A stretch of 64,000 nucleotides of DNA from an uncultured Actinomycetes bacterium (GTDB lineage: Bacteria > Actinomycetota > Thermoleophilia > Gaiellales > Gaiellaceae). The stretch lies in the NCBI GenBank assembly GCA_963794115.1, contig CAWCCO010000008.1, forward strand, positions 35,585 to 99,584. The letters run 5' to 3'. Positions 34,380 to 45,295 of the stretch are shown one piece after another. The position numbers and the translations under genes were made by a program. Under the pieces are notes generated by a model. The model did no database searches and was not told where the DNA came from. It worked only from the letters and a program-made list of their open reading frames with translations. Each line of letters opens with the position of its first letter. Within the stretch, counting starts at the first letter, position 1.

Positions 34380-35549
34380 ATGCGTCTCTGGGCCGCCGCA
34401 GGCGTCGCACTGGTCGCCGCGGTGCTCGGGGCGAGCATCGCACTCCTCGTCGGACGCGAGACCGGCGAGGACGCGGTGACGACGACCGTCACGCAGGACG
34501 CCCTTCCGGCGCCTTCGACCGTCCCGACCCGCAGCGTGCCGCCTTCCGCCTTCGACCCGGCGGCGCTGTACGCGGCTCGCTCGAGCGGGGTGGTGACGAT
34601 CTACGCCAACCTCGGCGCGGACGGGAGCGCGCAGGGGTCGGGGTTCGTCGTCGACGGCGACGGCCTGATCCTCACCAACGCGCACGTGATCACCAACGTC
34701 GCGGAGTCCCGCACCGTGCGAGGGGCGAGCGCCGTGTACGTCGAGTTCTCGGACGGGGACCGCGTGCGTGCCGACATCGTCGGCTGGGACCTGTTCAGCG
34801 ACGTCGGCGTCGTCCGCGTCTCCCGCACCGACCACGGGCTCGCGCCGGTGCCCCTCGGGAACTCCGCGCAGGTCGTCGTGGGCGAGCCGGTCGCCGCGAT
34901 CGGGAGCCCGTTCGGCCAGCAAACCTCCCTCTCCGTCGGCGTCGTCTCCGCGACCGGACGCTCGATCGACTCGCTGACGTCCGGGTTCGCCGTCGCCAAT
35001 GCGATCCAGGTGGATGCGCCGATCAACCGGGGCAACTCGGGCGGCCCGCTCTTCGACGCCGCGGGCCGGGTGATCGGCATCAACGCCCAGATCGAGAGCA
35101 CGTCCGGGACCAACGAGGGCGTGGGCTTCGCGATCCCGATCAACGTCGCCCGCCGTTCGCTCGACCAGCTCGTGCGGACCGGGAAGGTTCGCTACGCGTA
35201 CATCGGGATCCGCACGCAGGACGTGACTCCCGGGATTTCCCGGGCGTTCAAGCTCGGGGCGCGCCGCGGCGCGCTCGTCACGCGCGTCGACGACGGCACG
35301 CCCGCTGCTCGCGCAGGACTGCGAGGCGGCACGCGCACCGAGGTGTACAACGGCCTCGACGTCACGCTGGGCGGCGACGTGATCGTCGCCATCGGCGCCG
35401 CACCCGTCCTGAGCACGGACGACGTCTCCCGGATCGTCTCGACGGAGCTGCTCCCCGGCCAGACCGTGACGTTCACCGTCCTCCGGGGCGGCACGAAGCG
35501 CACGAAAGTCGACGTGACGCTCGGCGAGCGCCCGGCTGGAACGCGGTAG
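34380..35549 (+). CDS. HtrA/DegP-family serine protease with PDZ domain
   Basis: GSGFVV, TNAHV and INRGNSGGPL; PDZ region; extended -10 TG-G-TACCGT 7 nt before ATG 34380. Confidence 0.93.
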   Translation: MRLWAAAGVALVAAVLGASIALLVGRETGEDAVTTTVTQDALPAPSTVPTRSVPPSAFDPAALYAARSSGVVTIYANLGADGSAQGSGFVVDGDGLILTNAHVITNVAESRTVRGASAVYVEFSDGDRVRADIVGWDLFSDVGVVRVSRTDHGLAPVPLGNSAQVVVGEPVAAIGSPFGQQTSLSVGVVSATGRSIDSLTSGFAVANAIQVDAPINRGNSGGPLFDAAGRVIGINAQIESTSGTNEGVGFAIPINVARRSLDQLVRTGKVRYAYIGIRTQDVTPGISRAFKLGARRGALVTRVDDGTPAARAGLRGGTRTEVYNGLDVTLGGDVIVAIGAAPVLSTDDVSRIVSTELLPGQTVTFTVLRGGTKRTKVDVTLGERPAGTR

Positions 35550-35553
35550 CCGC

Positions 35554-37044
35554 GTGCCAGAGCCGCTCGTCGTCGTCTCGAACCGCGGGCCGGTGACCTT
35601 TCGACGGGAGGTCGATGGGTCGGTCGCTGCCGTCCGCGGGGCGGGCGGGCTCGTCGCTGCGCTCGCGCCGCTCGCCGACCGCCGGCCCGTCGCGTGGGTG
35701 GCGAGCGCGATGAGCGACGCCGACCGGGAGGTCGCGGTCGGCGGGCCGGGCGACCTGCGCTCCGAGTCGGGAGCGCCGCTCCGTCTCCATCTGGTCGCCC
35801 ACGAGCCGGAGGCCTACCGGCTCTTCTACACGGTCGTCGCGAACCCGGTGCTGTGGTTCGTGCAGCACGGGCTCTGGGACCTGAAGCACGACCCGACGGC
35901 CGACCTCGCTCACCCCTGGGCGGAGGGCTACGTGGCCGTCAACCGCGGCCTCGCAGCCGCAGCCGTGGCGGAGCTCGACCGGCTCCCGGGCGCTCCCCTG
36001 CTGATGCAGGACTACCACCTCTACGTCGCGCCCGCGCTCGTCCGCGCCGTTCGGCCGCACGCCCGGATCGCCACGTTCATCCACATTCCGTGGGTGGGCC
36101 CGGACGCGTGGAGCGTGCTTCCGTCCGACATCTCCGCGGCCGTCCACGAGGGCGTCCTTGCCTGCGACAGCATCGGCTTCCACACCGAGCGCTGGCGCTC
36201 CGCGTTCGTGGAGTCCTGCGAGGCGCTGCTCGGCCGCGGCGCCGAGGCCGAGCTGCGGTCGCACGCGAATCCGCTCTCCATCGACGCCGAGTCGTTCTCC
36301 CGGCTCGCCGGCACCGAGGGCGTCCGCGAGCGAGCGGCGGCCCTCGCGGCCGAGCGTCCCGAGATCCTCGTCCTCCGGGTCGACCGAACCGATCCGTCGA
36401 AGAACGCGGTGCGCGGCTTCGACTCCTTCGGCCTCCTGCTCGAGCGCGACCCCTCGCTCCACGGACGCATCGGCCTCGTCGCGCTGCTCGATCCCTCGCG
36501 TCAGGAGATCCCGGAGTACGTCGAGTACCGAGCCGCGACCGAGGCTGCGGCCGCCGCTGTGAACAGGCGGTTCGCGACCCCGCGCTGGGAGCCGATCCGG
36601 CTCGACGTGCGCGACGATTTCCTCGCATCGGTCGCCGCGTACACGGACTACGACGTGCTGCTCGTGAACCCCGTCATGGACGGCCTCAACCTCGTCGCGA
36701 AGGAGGCACCCCTCGTCAACGACCGGAGCGGCGCGCTCGTCCTCTCCCGCCAGGCCGGGGCCTTCGACGAGATCGGCTCGTTCGCCGTGGGCGTCGATCC
36801 CCTCGACGTTCCCGATCAGGCCGATGCCCTCGCGCGGGCGATCACGCTTCCCGCGGACGAGCGCCGCCGCTCGCTCGACGGGATCCGCGAGGTCGTTCGC
36901 TCCCGGACCCTCGACGACTGGGTCGAGCGAGAGCTCGCGGAGCTCGCCGAGCGCGCTCCTGCGCCGGTCGCCCGACGTCGCGCACAGGGCTACGATGCGC
37001 GCGTGATTCGGCCCTCTGTCTCCAGATCGGACAACGGAGCGTGA
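35554..37044 (+). CDS. otsA: Trehalose-6-phosphate synthase (GT20)
   Basis: [32 protein letters not shown] and DGLNLVAKE motifs. Confidence 0.85.
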   Translation: MPEPLVVVSNRGPVTFRREVDGSVAAVRGAGGLVAALAPLADRRPVAWVASAMSDADREVAVGGPGDLRSESGAPLRLHLVAHEPEAYRLFYTVVANPVLWFVQHGLWDLKHDPTADLAHPWAEGYVAVNRGLAAAAVAELDRLPGAPLLMQDYHLYVAPALVRAVRPHARIATFIHIPWVGPDAWSVLPSDISAAVHEGVLACDSIGFHTERWRSAFVESCEALLGRGAEAELRSHANPLSIDAESFSRLAGTEGVRERAAALAAERPEILVLRVDRTDPSKNAVRGFDSFGLLLERDPSLHGRIGLVALLDPSRQEIPEYVEYRAATEAAAAAVNRRFATPRWEPIRLDVRDDFLASVAAYTDYDVLLVNPVMDGLNLVAKEAPLVNDRSGALVLSRQAGAFDEIGSFAVGVDPLDVPDQADALARAITLPADERRRSLDGIREVVRSRTLDDWVERELAELAERAPAPVARRRAQGYDARVIRPSVSRSDNGA

Positions 37045-37490
37045 ACGAGCTCTCGCACGTCGACGAGTCGACCGGTGAGGTGCACATGGTCGACGTGGGG
37101 GCGAAGCCGGTCTCTCGACGCCGCGCGGTCGCGCGGGGCAGGGTTCACATGGCCGCGGCCACGGCGTCGCGCATTCGCACGCTGCCGAAGGGAGATGCCC
37201 TGACGGTCGCCCGCATCGCGGGGATCCAGGGCGCGAAGCGGACGAGCGAGCTCGTGCCTCTCTGCCATCCACTGCCGTTGACGCTCGTGGAGGTCGACCT
37301 CGTGGTCGACGACGACGGTGTCGTCATCGAGGCAGCCGCCGAGACGACCGCACAGACCGGCGTCGAGATGGAGGCGCTGACCGCGGTGGCGGTGGCGGCG
37401 CTCACCGTCTACGACATGGCCAAGGCGGTCGACAAGGAGATGCGCATCGGCGACGTCGTGCTCGTCTCGAAGGCGAGGGAGCGTGCATGA
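37041..37490 (+). CDS. moaC: Cyclic pyranopterin monophosphate synthase MoaC
   Basis: [24 protein letters not shown] and YDMAKAVD motifs. Confidence 0.96.
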   Translation: MNELSHVDESTGEVHMVDVGAKPVSRRRAVARGRVHMAAATASRIRTLPKGDALTVARIAGIQGAKRTSELVPLCHPLPLTLVEVDLVVDDDGVVIEAAAETTAQTGVEMEALTAVAVAALTVYDMAKAVDKEMRIGDVVLVSKARERA

Positions 37491-38350
37491 CGGCGGTCGC
37501 CGCTCCCCTTCCCGTCAAGCTCGCCCGCCTCGTCCGCATCGAGCACACGGTGTTCGCGCTGCCGTTCGCGTACGTCGGCGCGCTGCTCTCGATCGACGGG
37601 TGGCCGGGTCTCGCCACGATGGGATGGATCACGCTCGCGATGGTTGGCGCGCGGACGCTCGCGATGAGCCTGAACCGACTCATCGACGCCGAGCTCGACG
37701 CGAAGAACCCGCGGACGGCCGGCCGTGAGCTGCCCGCCGGGACGTTGACGCGACAACAGGTCCTCGGGCTGTGCGCACTGGCTCTGGCGGTGTACCTCGT
37801 CGCGGTGTTGCAGCTCGCGCCGATCGTCCGGTGGCTGTGGCCGATTCCTGTCGCGATGTTCGTCGCCTACCCGTACCTGAAGCGCTACACGTGGGCATGC
37901 CATCTGTGGCTCGGCGCGTGTCTCGGCCTTGCCCCGGTCGGCGCGTGGGTCGCGATCACGGGCGAGCTGCCGTGGCAGGCGTGGGCGCTCGGCGCCGCCG
38001 TCTGCCTCTGGGTCGCCGGCTTCGACCTCTTCTACGCGCTGTTCGACCGCGAGCACGACCTCGAGGCCGGTTTGCATTCCTGGGCGACGCGCTTCGGCGT
38101 CCACGGCGTCTTCGCCGGCGCGCGGGTGATGCACGCGGGAGTCGTAGTCCTGCTCACGGCCGCCGGCGCCGGGCTCGACGCCGGGCTGTGGTACTGGCTG
38201 GGCGTCGCCGTGGTCGCCGCGCTGCTGCTCTACGAGCACCTGCTCGTCCGACCGGACGACCTCCGCCGGCTCGACGCTGCGTTCTTCACCGTCAACGGTG
38301 TGCTCTCGATCGCGTTCCTCGTGTTCGTCGCGCTCGACACGCTCGTCTGA
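37487..38350 (+). CDS. UbiA-family prenyltransferase (MqnP-like)
   Basis: [28 protein letters not shown] and WVAGFD..YA..D motifs. Confidence 0.85.
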   Translation: MTAVAAPLPVKLARLVRIEHTVFALPFAYVGALLSIDGWPGLATMGWITLAMVGARTLAMSLNRLIDAELDAKNPRTAGRELPAGTLTRQQVLGLCALALAVYLVAVLQLAPIVRWLWPIPVAMFVAYPYLKRYTWACHLWLGACLGLAPVGAWVAITGELPWQAWALGAAVCLWVAGFDLFYALFDREHDLEAGLHSWATRFGVHGVFAGARVMHAGVVVLLTAAGAGLDAGLWYWLGVAVVAALLLYEHLLVRPDDLRRLDAAFFTVNGVLSIAFLVFVALDTLV

Positions 38351-38503
38351 GCCGGGGCGCTTTGGGCACGATCCCGGCACCCATGCGACACACCCTTGGC
38401 GATAGCGTGACGTCAGGGCACCGGGGGTGCCCCTGGGGGTGGTTGTGCGAACGGGCGCGTGCGGCGGGGATGCGCGATCTCGAGCTGGCTGAGCGAGGGG
38501 CGC

Positions 38504-39109
38504 ATGGCTGAGGCGCCGATCGTCACAGCCCGGGCTGTCGAGCGGAGCTACGGCGCGCGCCGGGTCCTCCGAGGGGTCTCGTTCGAACTCGCTCGCGGCG
38601 ATTTGCTGCTGGTCACGGGCCCGAACGGGTCCGGCAAGACGACGCTTCTCCGACTGCTCGTCGGTCTCGCCGTCCCGTCGCGTGGGACGATCGACGTCGC
38701 GCTCCACCGGTCACGTCTCGGGTTCGTTGGCCACGAGCCGCTCGTCTACCGCGAGCTCACCGCGCTCGAGAACCTCGATCTGTACGGACGGCTGTACCGC
38801 GTGCCGGAGCGGCGGGAGCGGATCGGCATGCTCCTCGAGCGGTTCGGGCTGTGGGACGCGCGTGGCGAGCGCGTCTCTGCCTTTTCGCGGGGGATGACCC
38901 AACGGCTCGGGCTGTGCCGGGCGCTCCTGCATGAGCCCGAGCTCCTCGTGCTGGACGAGCCGCACTCCGCGCTCGACACGCAGGGGGCCGGGCTGCTCGA
39001 CCAGGAGCTCGAGTCGCTCGCAGGGCAAAGCACGCTCGTCGTCGCGACACACGAGCCGAAGCGACTCGAGCGCGTGGCCACCGCCAGCCTGTCGCTGGGA
39101 GCGACGTGA
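38504..39109 (+). CDS. ccmA: Heme exporter ATP-binding protein CcmA
   Basis: GPNGSGKTTL, FSRGM.QR and LDEP; directly upstream of ccmB/C. Confidence 0.85.
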   Translation: MAEAPIVTARAVERSYGARRVLRGVSFELARGDLLLVTGPNGSGKTTLLRLLVGLAVPSRGTIDVALHRSRLGFVGHEPLVYRELTALENLDLYGRLYRVPERRERIGMLLERFGLWDARGERVSAFSRGMTQRLGLCRALLHEPELLVLDEPHSALDTQGAGLLDQELESLAGQSTLVVATHEPKRLERVATASLSLGAT

Positions 39110-39747
39110 GCGGCTATCTCGGCGACGTCGCCGCGCTCGCGCGGAAGGACCTCCGACTGGAGCTCCGGGCACGCGACACCCTCCCGGCGATGCTGCTCTT
39201 CGTGCTGGCGACCCTCGTGGTGTTCCATTTCGCCATGCCTGCCGACGCGGGCGACGACCCGGCGTACGGGCTCCTGTGGGTCGCCCTGGTCTTCACGTCG
39301 CTCCTCGGCCTCGCGAGGGCCTGGGTGCCGGAGCGCGAGGCGGGCGCCCTGGACGGACTCGTCCTCGCGCCGACCGACCGGAGCGCGATCTGGCTCGGGA
39401 AGACAATTGCCTCGCTCGCGTTTCTCGGCGCCGCCGAGGTCGTCGCGATCCCCGCGTTCGTCCTGTTCTTCGCGCCCCTCGACGCGCACGCCCTGGCGGG
39501 CGTCGTCCTCGCCTCCGTCGGCATCTGTGCGGTCGGGTCGCTCGTCTCCGCAATGGCTGCGGCGTCCCGTGGCCGCGAGGTTCTGCTCCCGCTGATCTTC
39601 CTCCCGCTCGTGATTCCGATCGTGGTCGGCGGCGTGGGCGCGACCATTTCCGAGGAGCCCGGCAAGTTCCTCGCCTTCCTGGGCCTCTACGACGCGGTCT
39701 TCGCGATACTTTCGTGGGCGGCGTTCGAGTACGTCGTCACGGAGTGA
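39106..39747 (+). CDS. ccmB: Heme exporter permease CcmB
   Basis: KDLRLELR, ERE.GALDGL.LAP and LLPLIFLPLVIP motifs. Confidence 0.9.
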   Translation: MSGYLGDVAALARKDLRLELRARDTLPAMLLFVLATLVVFHFAMPADAGDDPAYGLLWVALVFTSLLGLARAWVPEREAGALDGLVLAPTDRSAIWLGKTIASLAFLGAAEVVAIPAFVLFFAPLDAHALAGVVLASVGICAVGSLVSAMAAASRGREVLLPLIFLPLVIPIVVGGVGATISEEPGKFLAFLGLYDAVFAILSWAAFEYVVTE

Positions 39748-39763
39748 GCGACGCCCGACGAGC

Positions 39764-40444
39764 ATGACGAAGCCCTCTCTCACCCTCCTCGCGTCCACCG
39801 CTGCGGCGCTCGCGGCGCTCGCAGTCGCGCTGATCTTCTTCGTCGCGCCGGAGGATGCCGACCAGGGGCTTTCACAAAAGATCTTCTACGTGCACGTCCC
39901 GATCGCCCTGACCGCGTACGCGTGCTTCGGCCTCGCCGCGTGGAAGGCCTTTCGCCTGCTGACCACCCGTGGCGAGCGGTACGACCTGGAGAGCTACAGC
40001 GGCGTGCACCAGGGGACGATCTTCGGCGCGCTCACCCTCGTGACCGGCTCCATCTGGGCGAAGGCGTCGTGGGGCGTGTGGTGGACATGGAGCTCGAACC
40101 AGCTGGTGCTGTTCCTCGTCCTGTTCCTCTTCTACTGCGCCTACTTCATGCTGCGGTACTCGATCGAGCCGGGCCCGAGGCGAGAGCGCATCTCGGCGGT
40201 CTACGCGCTGTTCGGCGTCGCGCTGGTCCCCGTGAGCTTCCTCGCGATTCGGCTCGCCAGCGACTTCATCCACCCGACAGTGTTCACGCGCGACGGGCCG
40301 CAGATGACCGGGAAGATGTTCACCGCGTTCTGTGTCTCGTGGGCCGCGATCACCCTGCTCGCGTACGTGATGTACCGCGTCGAGCTCGCGGGGAAGCGCA
40401 CCGATGCGAATCTCCGGGAGCTTCGCGAGGCGCTCGTCTCGTGA
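39764..40444 (+). CDS. ccmC: Heme chaperone/exporter CcmC
   Basis: IFYVHVP and WWD-like TGSIWAKASWGVWWTW. Confidence 0.88.
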   Translation: MTKPSLTLLASTAAALAALAVALIFFVAPEDADQGLSQKIFYVHVPIALTAYACFGLAAWKAFRLLTTRGERYDLESYSGVHQGTIFGALTLVTGSIWAKASWGVWWTWSSNQLVLFLVLFLFYCAYFMLRYSIEPGPRRERISAVYALFGVALVPVSFLAIRLASDFIHPTVFTRDGPQMTGKMFTAFCVSWAAITLLAYVMYRVELAGKRTDANLRELREALVS

Positions 40445-40608
40445 GCACGTCCGAGAAGTACGTCGCCGCGGCCTACGGGGTGTTCCTCGTGTTCGTCCTG
40501 TTTTGGGTGGTCATCATCGCGGCCAAGCTGTCGCGCCTCGAGCGCGAGACCGGTGAGCTCGCCCGGCTCGCCCGTGCGCGGGTCGCAAACGAGCCGAGCG
40601 ATGGCTGA
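40441..40608 (+). CDS. ccmD: CcmD-like small membrane protein
   Basis: 55 aa with YVAAAYGV TM followed by a charged tail, immediately after ccmC. Confidence 0.65.
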   Translation: MSTSEKYVAAAYGVFLVFVLFWVVIIAAKLSRLERETGELARLARARVANEPSDG

Positions 40609-41371
40609 GCTCCTTGTCTGGCCGACGGTGATCGCCTACGGCGAGGCGGCGTTCGTCTATGCCGGCGAGCTGCGCGGCCACCGGCGCTACAGCACGCTGG
40701 GAATCTGGGGAGTGCGAATCGGCTGGCTCGCCCAGACCATGCTGCTCGTCGCGCAGGCCCGCTCCGCCGACGGATTCCCGTGGGGAACGCGGGCCGGTGC
40801 GCTGAATCTCCTCTCGTGGCTGCTCGTGACGGGCTATCTCGTGTGGGGCTGTAGCCCGCGATACCGCCTCGTCGGCCTTGCGGTGATGCCCGTCGCGGCC
40901 GCGCTGGTCGTCCTCGCGTGGGTCGGCGGCGGGACGGCGCTCAGCTCGCGCGGCGACGGATGGGCGCTCGCGATCCATGCCGCGCTGATGCTCGCCGGGC
41001 TCGCCAGCTTCACGGTCGCCGCGGCGATGGCTGCGCTCTACGTCTTCGAGGAGAGACGCCTGAAGCGGCGGGATGTGGCGGTCCTACGGCTCCGCTTGCC
41101 ATCGCTCGAGGCGCTCGATCGGCTCGCCGCCAGAGCGACGCTCGTCGGTCTGTCCCTGCTCACGGCGGGCATCGCCGTCGGTCTCGGCTGGCTCGACATC
41201 GGAGGAGTCGATGCCGCGATGACCGTCGCCGTGCTCATCTGGGTCGTCTACGCACTCGCCCTGGCCGTGCGGTGGGAGGCGGGCGTGCGTGGGCGACGGT
41301 TCGCACGACTCCTGATCGCAGGGCTTGCGCTCGTCGTCGTCGTCCTTCCGCTGACCCATTTCGCGGCATGA
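40601..41371 (+). CDS. Cytochrome c assembly-family (CcsA/HemX-like) membrane protein
   Basis: Multi-TM; W.AIHAAL....LASF...A.MAALY..EERRLK.....RLPSLEALD; upstream of hemA. Confidence 0.75.
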   Translation: MAELLVWPTVIAYGEAAFVYAGELRGHRRYSTLGIWGVRIGWLAQTMLLVAQARSADGFPWGTRAGALNLLSWLLVTGYLVWGCSPRYRLVGLAVMPVAAALVVLAWVGGGTALSSRGDGWALAIHAALMLAGLASFTVAAAMAALYVFEERRLKRRDVAVLRLRLPSLEALDRLAARATLVGLSLLTAGIAVGLGWLDIGGVDAAMTVAVLIWVVYALALAVRWEAGVRGRRFARLLIAGLALVVVVLPLTHFAA

Positions 41372-42621
41372 GGCTCGCGCTCGCCGGCGTCTCTCACCAC
41401 CGCGCGCCCCTGGCGGTGCGCGAACGCGTGGCGGTCGACCTCGAGGCCGCTGCCCGGCTGTCGCGCTCCCTCGCGACGCCAGACGGTCCCGCGCATGAGG
41501 CGGTCGTCCTGTCGACGTGCAATCGCACCGAGCTCTACGTCGCCGGCGACGAGGGAGTCGTCGACCATGCCGACAGGGCGCTCCTCGATCTCGCCGGCCC
41601 GGGCGCGACGGAGCTCGCGCCCGCCGCCTACCGCCTCGCAGACGAGTCTGCAGCGCTCCACCTGTTCCGGGTTGCTGCCGGCCTGGACTCGATGGTGCCC
41701 GGCGAGGGGGAAATCCTCGGCCAGGTCAGAGACGCGTTCGAGGCGGGATCGCCGGGCCCGCTCCTCGGCCGCACGTTCCGCATGGCGCTCCGCGCCGGCC
41801 GCCGCGCGCGGGTCGAGACCGCGATCGGCGAGAGCCCCGCGTCGATCCCGGCCGCGGCCGCGGCGCTCGCGGAGCAGGTGTTCGAAGGGCTGGTCGGACG
41901 GAGCGTCGTGCTCGTCGGCGCGGGCCGCATGAGCGACCTGACCGCCCGAAACCTTCGCTCGCGCGGGGCCGCGATCTCGGTGGTCGCCAACCGGACGCTC
42001 GAGCACGCAGAGCGGCTCGCGGTGTCGTTCGATGCCCGGCCCGTCACCGTCGACGACCTGGCGGGCGCGTTGGGAGCCGCCGACATCGTCGTGTCGTCGA
42101 CGAGCGCGCCCGGCTTCGTCCTCGGCGGGGAGGCCGTGACATCCGTGCTGCGAGGACGACGCGGGCGGCCGCTGCTGATCGTCGACCTCGCCGTGCCGCG
42201 CGACGTCGACCCCTCGCTCGGAGCGATCGACGGGTGCTTCCTCTACGACGTCGACGCGCTCGAGGGCGTGGTCTCCGCCACGCTCGAGGGTCGCCGCACC
42301 GAGGCCGTCCACGCCGAACGAATCGTCTCCGAGGAGGCGGCCCGCTTCCACGCCTGGCGGGCGTCGCTTGCGGTCGTCCCGGCCATCGCCTCCCTTCGGG
42401 CGCACGCTGAGGAGATCCGCGCAGCAGAGCTCGCGCGGGTGCAAGGTCGGCTGCCCGAGGGCGACAGAGATGTCGTCGACACGCTCACCGCCCAGATCGT
42501 GAACAAGCTCCTGCACCTGCCCACGGTGCGGCTCAAGGAGGCTGCGATCAGTGCGGACGGGCTGCTCTATGCTGACGTCGTGCGCCACCTGTTTGGACTG
42601 AGCGAGGAGGACGAGGCGTGA
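41368..42621 (+). CDS. hemA: Glutamyl-tRNA reductase
   Basis: H..AP...RE, LSTCNRTE, GLDSMV.GE.EILGQV and DLAVPRDVD motifs. Confidence 0.96.
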   Translation: MRLALAGVSHHRAPLAVRERVAVDLEAAARLSRSLATPDGPAHEAVVLSTCNRTELYVAGDEGVVDHADRALLDLAGPGATELAPAAYRLADESAALHLFRVAAGLDSMVPGEGEILGQVRDAFEAGSPGPLLGRTFRMALRAGRRARVETAIGESPASIPAAAAALAEQVFEGLVGRSVVLVGAGRMSDLTARNLRSRGAAISVVANRTLEHAERLAVSFDARPVTVDDLAGALGAADIVVSSTSAPGFVLGGEAVTSVLRGRRGRPLLIVDLAVPRDVDPSLGAIDGCFLYDVDALEGVVSATLEGRRTEAVHAERIVSEEAARFHAWRASLAVVPAIASLRAHAEEIRAAELARVQGRLPEGDRDVVDTLTAQIVNKLLHLPTVRLKEAAISADGLLYADVVRHLFGLSEEDEA

Positions 42622-42747
42622 CGCGCGCCGTCGAGGTGCGACCCGGGCGGCCGCTTCCACTCCTCGTTCCGACGGCCTTCGTCCGCATCCGGCCCGCCGG
42701 CCGACGCAGGTGCGGGGTGCCGGCCACGCAGGCTCGAGGATGCTGCC

Positions 42748-43572
42748 GTGCTGCTTCGCGTCGGCTCGCGCGGCAGTAGGCTCGCGCTCACCCAGGCCGA
42801 GCGGGCGGCAGAGTCGCTGCGCAGGCCCGGGGTGGAGATCGCGCTCGTCCCGATCACGACCGCGGGCGACAGAGACCGCACCAAGCCCTTCGGCGAGATC
42901 GGCAGCCGCGGCGTCTTCGTCAAGGAGCTCGAGGAGGCTCTTCTCGCCGGGCGCATCGACGTTGCCGTGCATTCGGCGAAGGACATGACGTCGACCGATG
43001 TGGGCGGCCTCGCTGTCGGCGCCTATCCCGCCCGCGAGGATCCGCGCGACGCGCTGTGCGGCGCAGGCGAGATCCGACCCGGGATGCGGATCGGCACGGC
43101 CTCGGTTCGCAGACGGGCGCAACTGCTCGCGCTCGAGCCCACGCTTTCCGTCGAGCCGCTCCGCGGGAACATCGACACGCGCCTGCGGAAGCGCGCCGAG
43201 CGCGGCCTCGACGCGGTCGTGCTGGCTGCGTGCGGCCTCGATCGTCTCGGCCTCGGCGCCGAGATCGGGCTGCGGCTCGATGTCGAGGTGATGCTGCCCG
43301 AGGCGGCCCAGGGGGCCCTCGCCCTCCAGGTGCGCGAGGGTGAGGAGCACCTCGTTGCCAATGTGGACGACTCCGAGACGCGGCGAAGGGTCGAGGCGGA
43401 GCGCCGATGCGTTGCGATCGTCGGGGGCGGTTGCCTCGCCCCGGTCGCCGCGCACCACGACGGGGCGATTCTGACGGGGCTCGTGGCGGCGGAGGACGGG
43501 AGCTGGCTCGAGCGGCGCACGGGCGCCGACCCGGATGCACTCGGGCGCGAGCTCGCCGCCCTCGCCCAATGA
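42748..43572 (+). CDS. hemC: Porphobilinogen deaminase
   Basis: GSRGSRLAL.Q, GVFVKELE, AVHSAKD, GTASVRR, RGNIDTRL and GGGC..P motifs. Confidence 0.95.
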   Translation: MLLRVGSRGSRLALTQAERAAESLRRPGVEIALVPITTAGDRDRTKPFGEIGSRGVFVKELEEALLAGRIDVAVHSAKDMTSTDVGGLAVGAYPAREDPRDALCGAGEIRPGMRIGTASVRRRAQLLALEPTLSVEPLRGNIDTRLRKRAERGLDAVVLAACGLDRLGLGAEIGLRLDVEVMLPEAAQGALALQVREGEEHLVANVDDSETRRRVEAERRCVAIVGGGCLAPVAAHHDGAILTGLVAAEDGSWLERRTGADPDALGRELAALAQ

Positions 43573-43739
43573 CCGCCTGCCGTGAGCGGCCGCCGGGCCC
43601 GAGCCGCACCCCGGCGCGGCGCATCGCACAATCGGCACGAAGATGACACGAACACGTTGCACTCCGCCGCGTACCGTTCGGTCCCCGCGGGCGGGTGGGG
43701 GTTAGGGATGGTGGCGGCGCGACCGGCGTGCGCGAGCCT

Positions 43740-44375
43740 ATGGCGCGGATCGTCGTGACCCGCCCCGCGGGACGCGAGGGCGCCCTCGTGGAGCGCCTCC
43801 GCGTTGCCGGCCACGAGGTCAGCCACGTGCCGCTCATCGCGCTCGAGCCGCTCGGCGACGATCCTGTCGACGTCGCGGGCTACGACTGGGTGATCCTCAC
43901 GAGCGTGACCGGGGCGCGCGAGCTTCGGCGACGCATGCGCGGCACCCCCAAACGCGTCGCTGCGATCGGTGACGGGACCGCGGACGCCTTCGGGGACGTA
44001 GATCTCGTTGCGGAGACCTCGACGCAGGAGGGCCTGCTCGAGGCGCTCCCCACGCCTCCCGGCCGCGTCCTCTTCGCGGGGGCGGAGAGTGCCCGCCGGC
44101 TCCTCCCCGAGACGCTCGGCGCGGACGTCGTCGTGCTCTACAGGACGGTCGAGCTGACGCCGCCGGCATGGCCCGACCGCGATCTCGTGGTGCTTGCGTC
44201 GCCCTCGGCCGCCCGTGCGCTTGGACGGGTCGACGCCTCCAGCCCCGTCGTGTCGATCGGGCCCGAGACGACCCGGGCCGCCCGGGAGGCGGGCCTCACC
44301 GTCGCCGCGGAAGCGCGGACGAGCGACGTCGCAGGCCTCGCTGACGCTGTCGAGCGGGCGGTCGCTGCGTCGTAG
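43740..44375 (+). CDS. hemD: Uroporphyrinogen-III synthase
   Basis: IVVTRP, YDWVILTS, AAIG..TA, YRT and SIGP.T motifs. Confidence 0.88.
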   Translation: MARIVVTRPAGREGALVERLRVAGHEVSHVPLIALEPLGDDPVDVAGYDWVILTSVTGARELRRRMRGTPKRVAAIGDGTADAFGDVDLVAETSTQEGLLEALPTPPGRVLFAGAESARRLLPETLGADVVVLYRTVELTPPAWPDRDLVVLASPSAARALGRVDASSPVVSIGPETTRAAREAGLTVAAEARTSDVAGLADAVERAVAAS

Positions 44376-44386
44376 ACTCGCCTGGG

Positions 44387-45220
44387 ATGGTCATCTGCTT
44401 CCTGAGCGACTTCGGTCTTCAGGACGACTTCGTCGGGACGTGCCACGGCGTCATCGCGCGAATCGCCCCGACCGCTCGCCTGATCGACGTGACGCACGGG
44501 ATCCCCGCGACGGCGGTCCTGCAAGGGGCGCACGTCCTGGCGAGCACGCTGCCGTACATGCCGGTCGGTGTCCACCTGGCGGTCGTCGATCCCGGGGTCG
44601 GAGGGATCCGGCGGCCACTCGCGCTGGCCGACGCCGCCGGCCATCAATTCGTCGGACCCGACAACGGCCTCCTGCTGCCGGCCGCCGAGCGGGCAGGGAT
44701 CGTCGAAGCCCGGGAGCTCGCGAACCCCGACTACGCCCTCGAGTCGATCTCCCGGACCTTCCACGGCCGCGACCTCTTTGCGCCCGCAGCTGCCCATCTC
44801 GCAAACGGCGTGCCGCTCTCGGAGCTCGGCCCTCCCCTCGACCCAGATGCCCTCGTGCGCCTCGACCTCCCTCAGCCCGTGTTCTCGGCCGACCGGATCG
44901 ACGCGACGATGCTCTACGTCGACAGCTTCGGCAACATCGCGCTGAACCTGACCCGTGAGGACGTCGAGCAGGTCGGGGTCATTCCGGGCTCGCGCGTCGA
45001 GCTCGAGCTCGCGGGCGAGCGGTACTTCGCCGTGACGGCGAGAACCTTCGCCGACGCGCGGGCCGGCGACGTGATCCTCTACGAGGACAGCTACCGGAAC
45101 ATGTCCGTGGCGATCAACCGTGGAAGCGCCGCTGCGATGCTCCATGCGAGCCCGGGTCAGCCGCTCGAGATCCACATCCTTGGCCCGGGCGCTCCGCTGC
45201 GATACGCTCTGCGCCACTGA
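44387..45220 (+). CDS. DUF62 SAM hydroxide adenosyltransferase (chlorinase/fluorinase family)
   Basis: SDFG..D, VVDPGVG..RR, GPDNG, S.TFHGRD.FAP and VDSFGN motifs. Confidence 0.92.
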   Translation: MVICFLSDFGLQDDFVGTCHGVIARIAPTARLIDVTHGIPATAVLQGAHVLASTLPYMPVGVHLAVVDPGVGGIRRPLALADAAGHQFVGPDNGLLLPAAERAGIVEARELANPDYALESISRTFHGRDLFAPAAAHLANGVPLSELGPPLDPDALVRLDLPQPVFSADRIDATMLYVDSFGNIALNLTREDVEQVGVIPGSRVELELAGERYFAVTARTFADARAGDVILYEDSYRNMSVAINRGSAAAMLHASPGQPLEIHILGPGAPLRYALRH

Positions 45221-45295
45221 AGAGCGTTCGTGGCGCGGTCAGCCGGCTCGAACGCTCTTCTTTTGGCGCGGGGATCGGCGCCGCGGCGGAGCCGC

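Noticed and set aside
38351-38503. Possible riboswitch upstream of ccmA
   Set aside because: Only a -10-like TAGCGT and a short hairpin GGGCACC-GGG-GGTGCCC; no recognisable aptamer consensus.
42622-43739. Imperfect inverted repeats flanking hemC suggesting a mobile cassette
   Set aside because: The match is short, gapped and GC-rich, and hemC sits in its expected hemA-hemC-hemD order.
44387-45220. Halogenase (fluorinase/chlorinase) for natural-product synthesis
   Set aside because: Motifs fit the widespread DUF62 SAM hydrolase and there is no biosynthetic cluster context.
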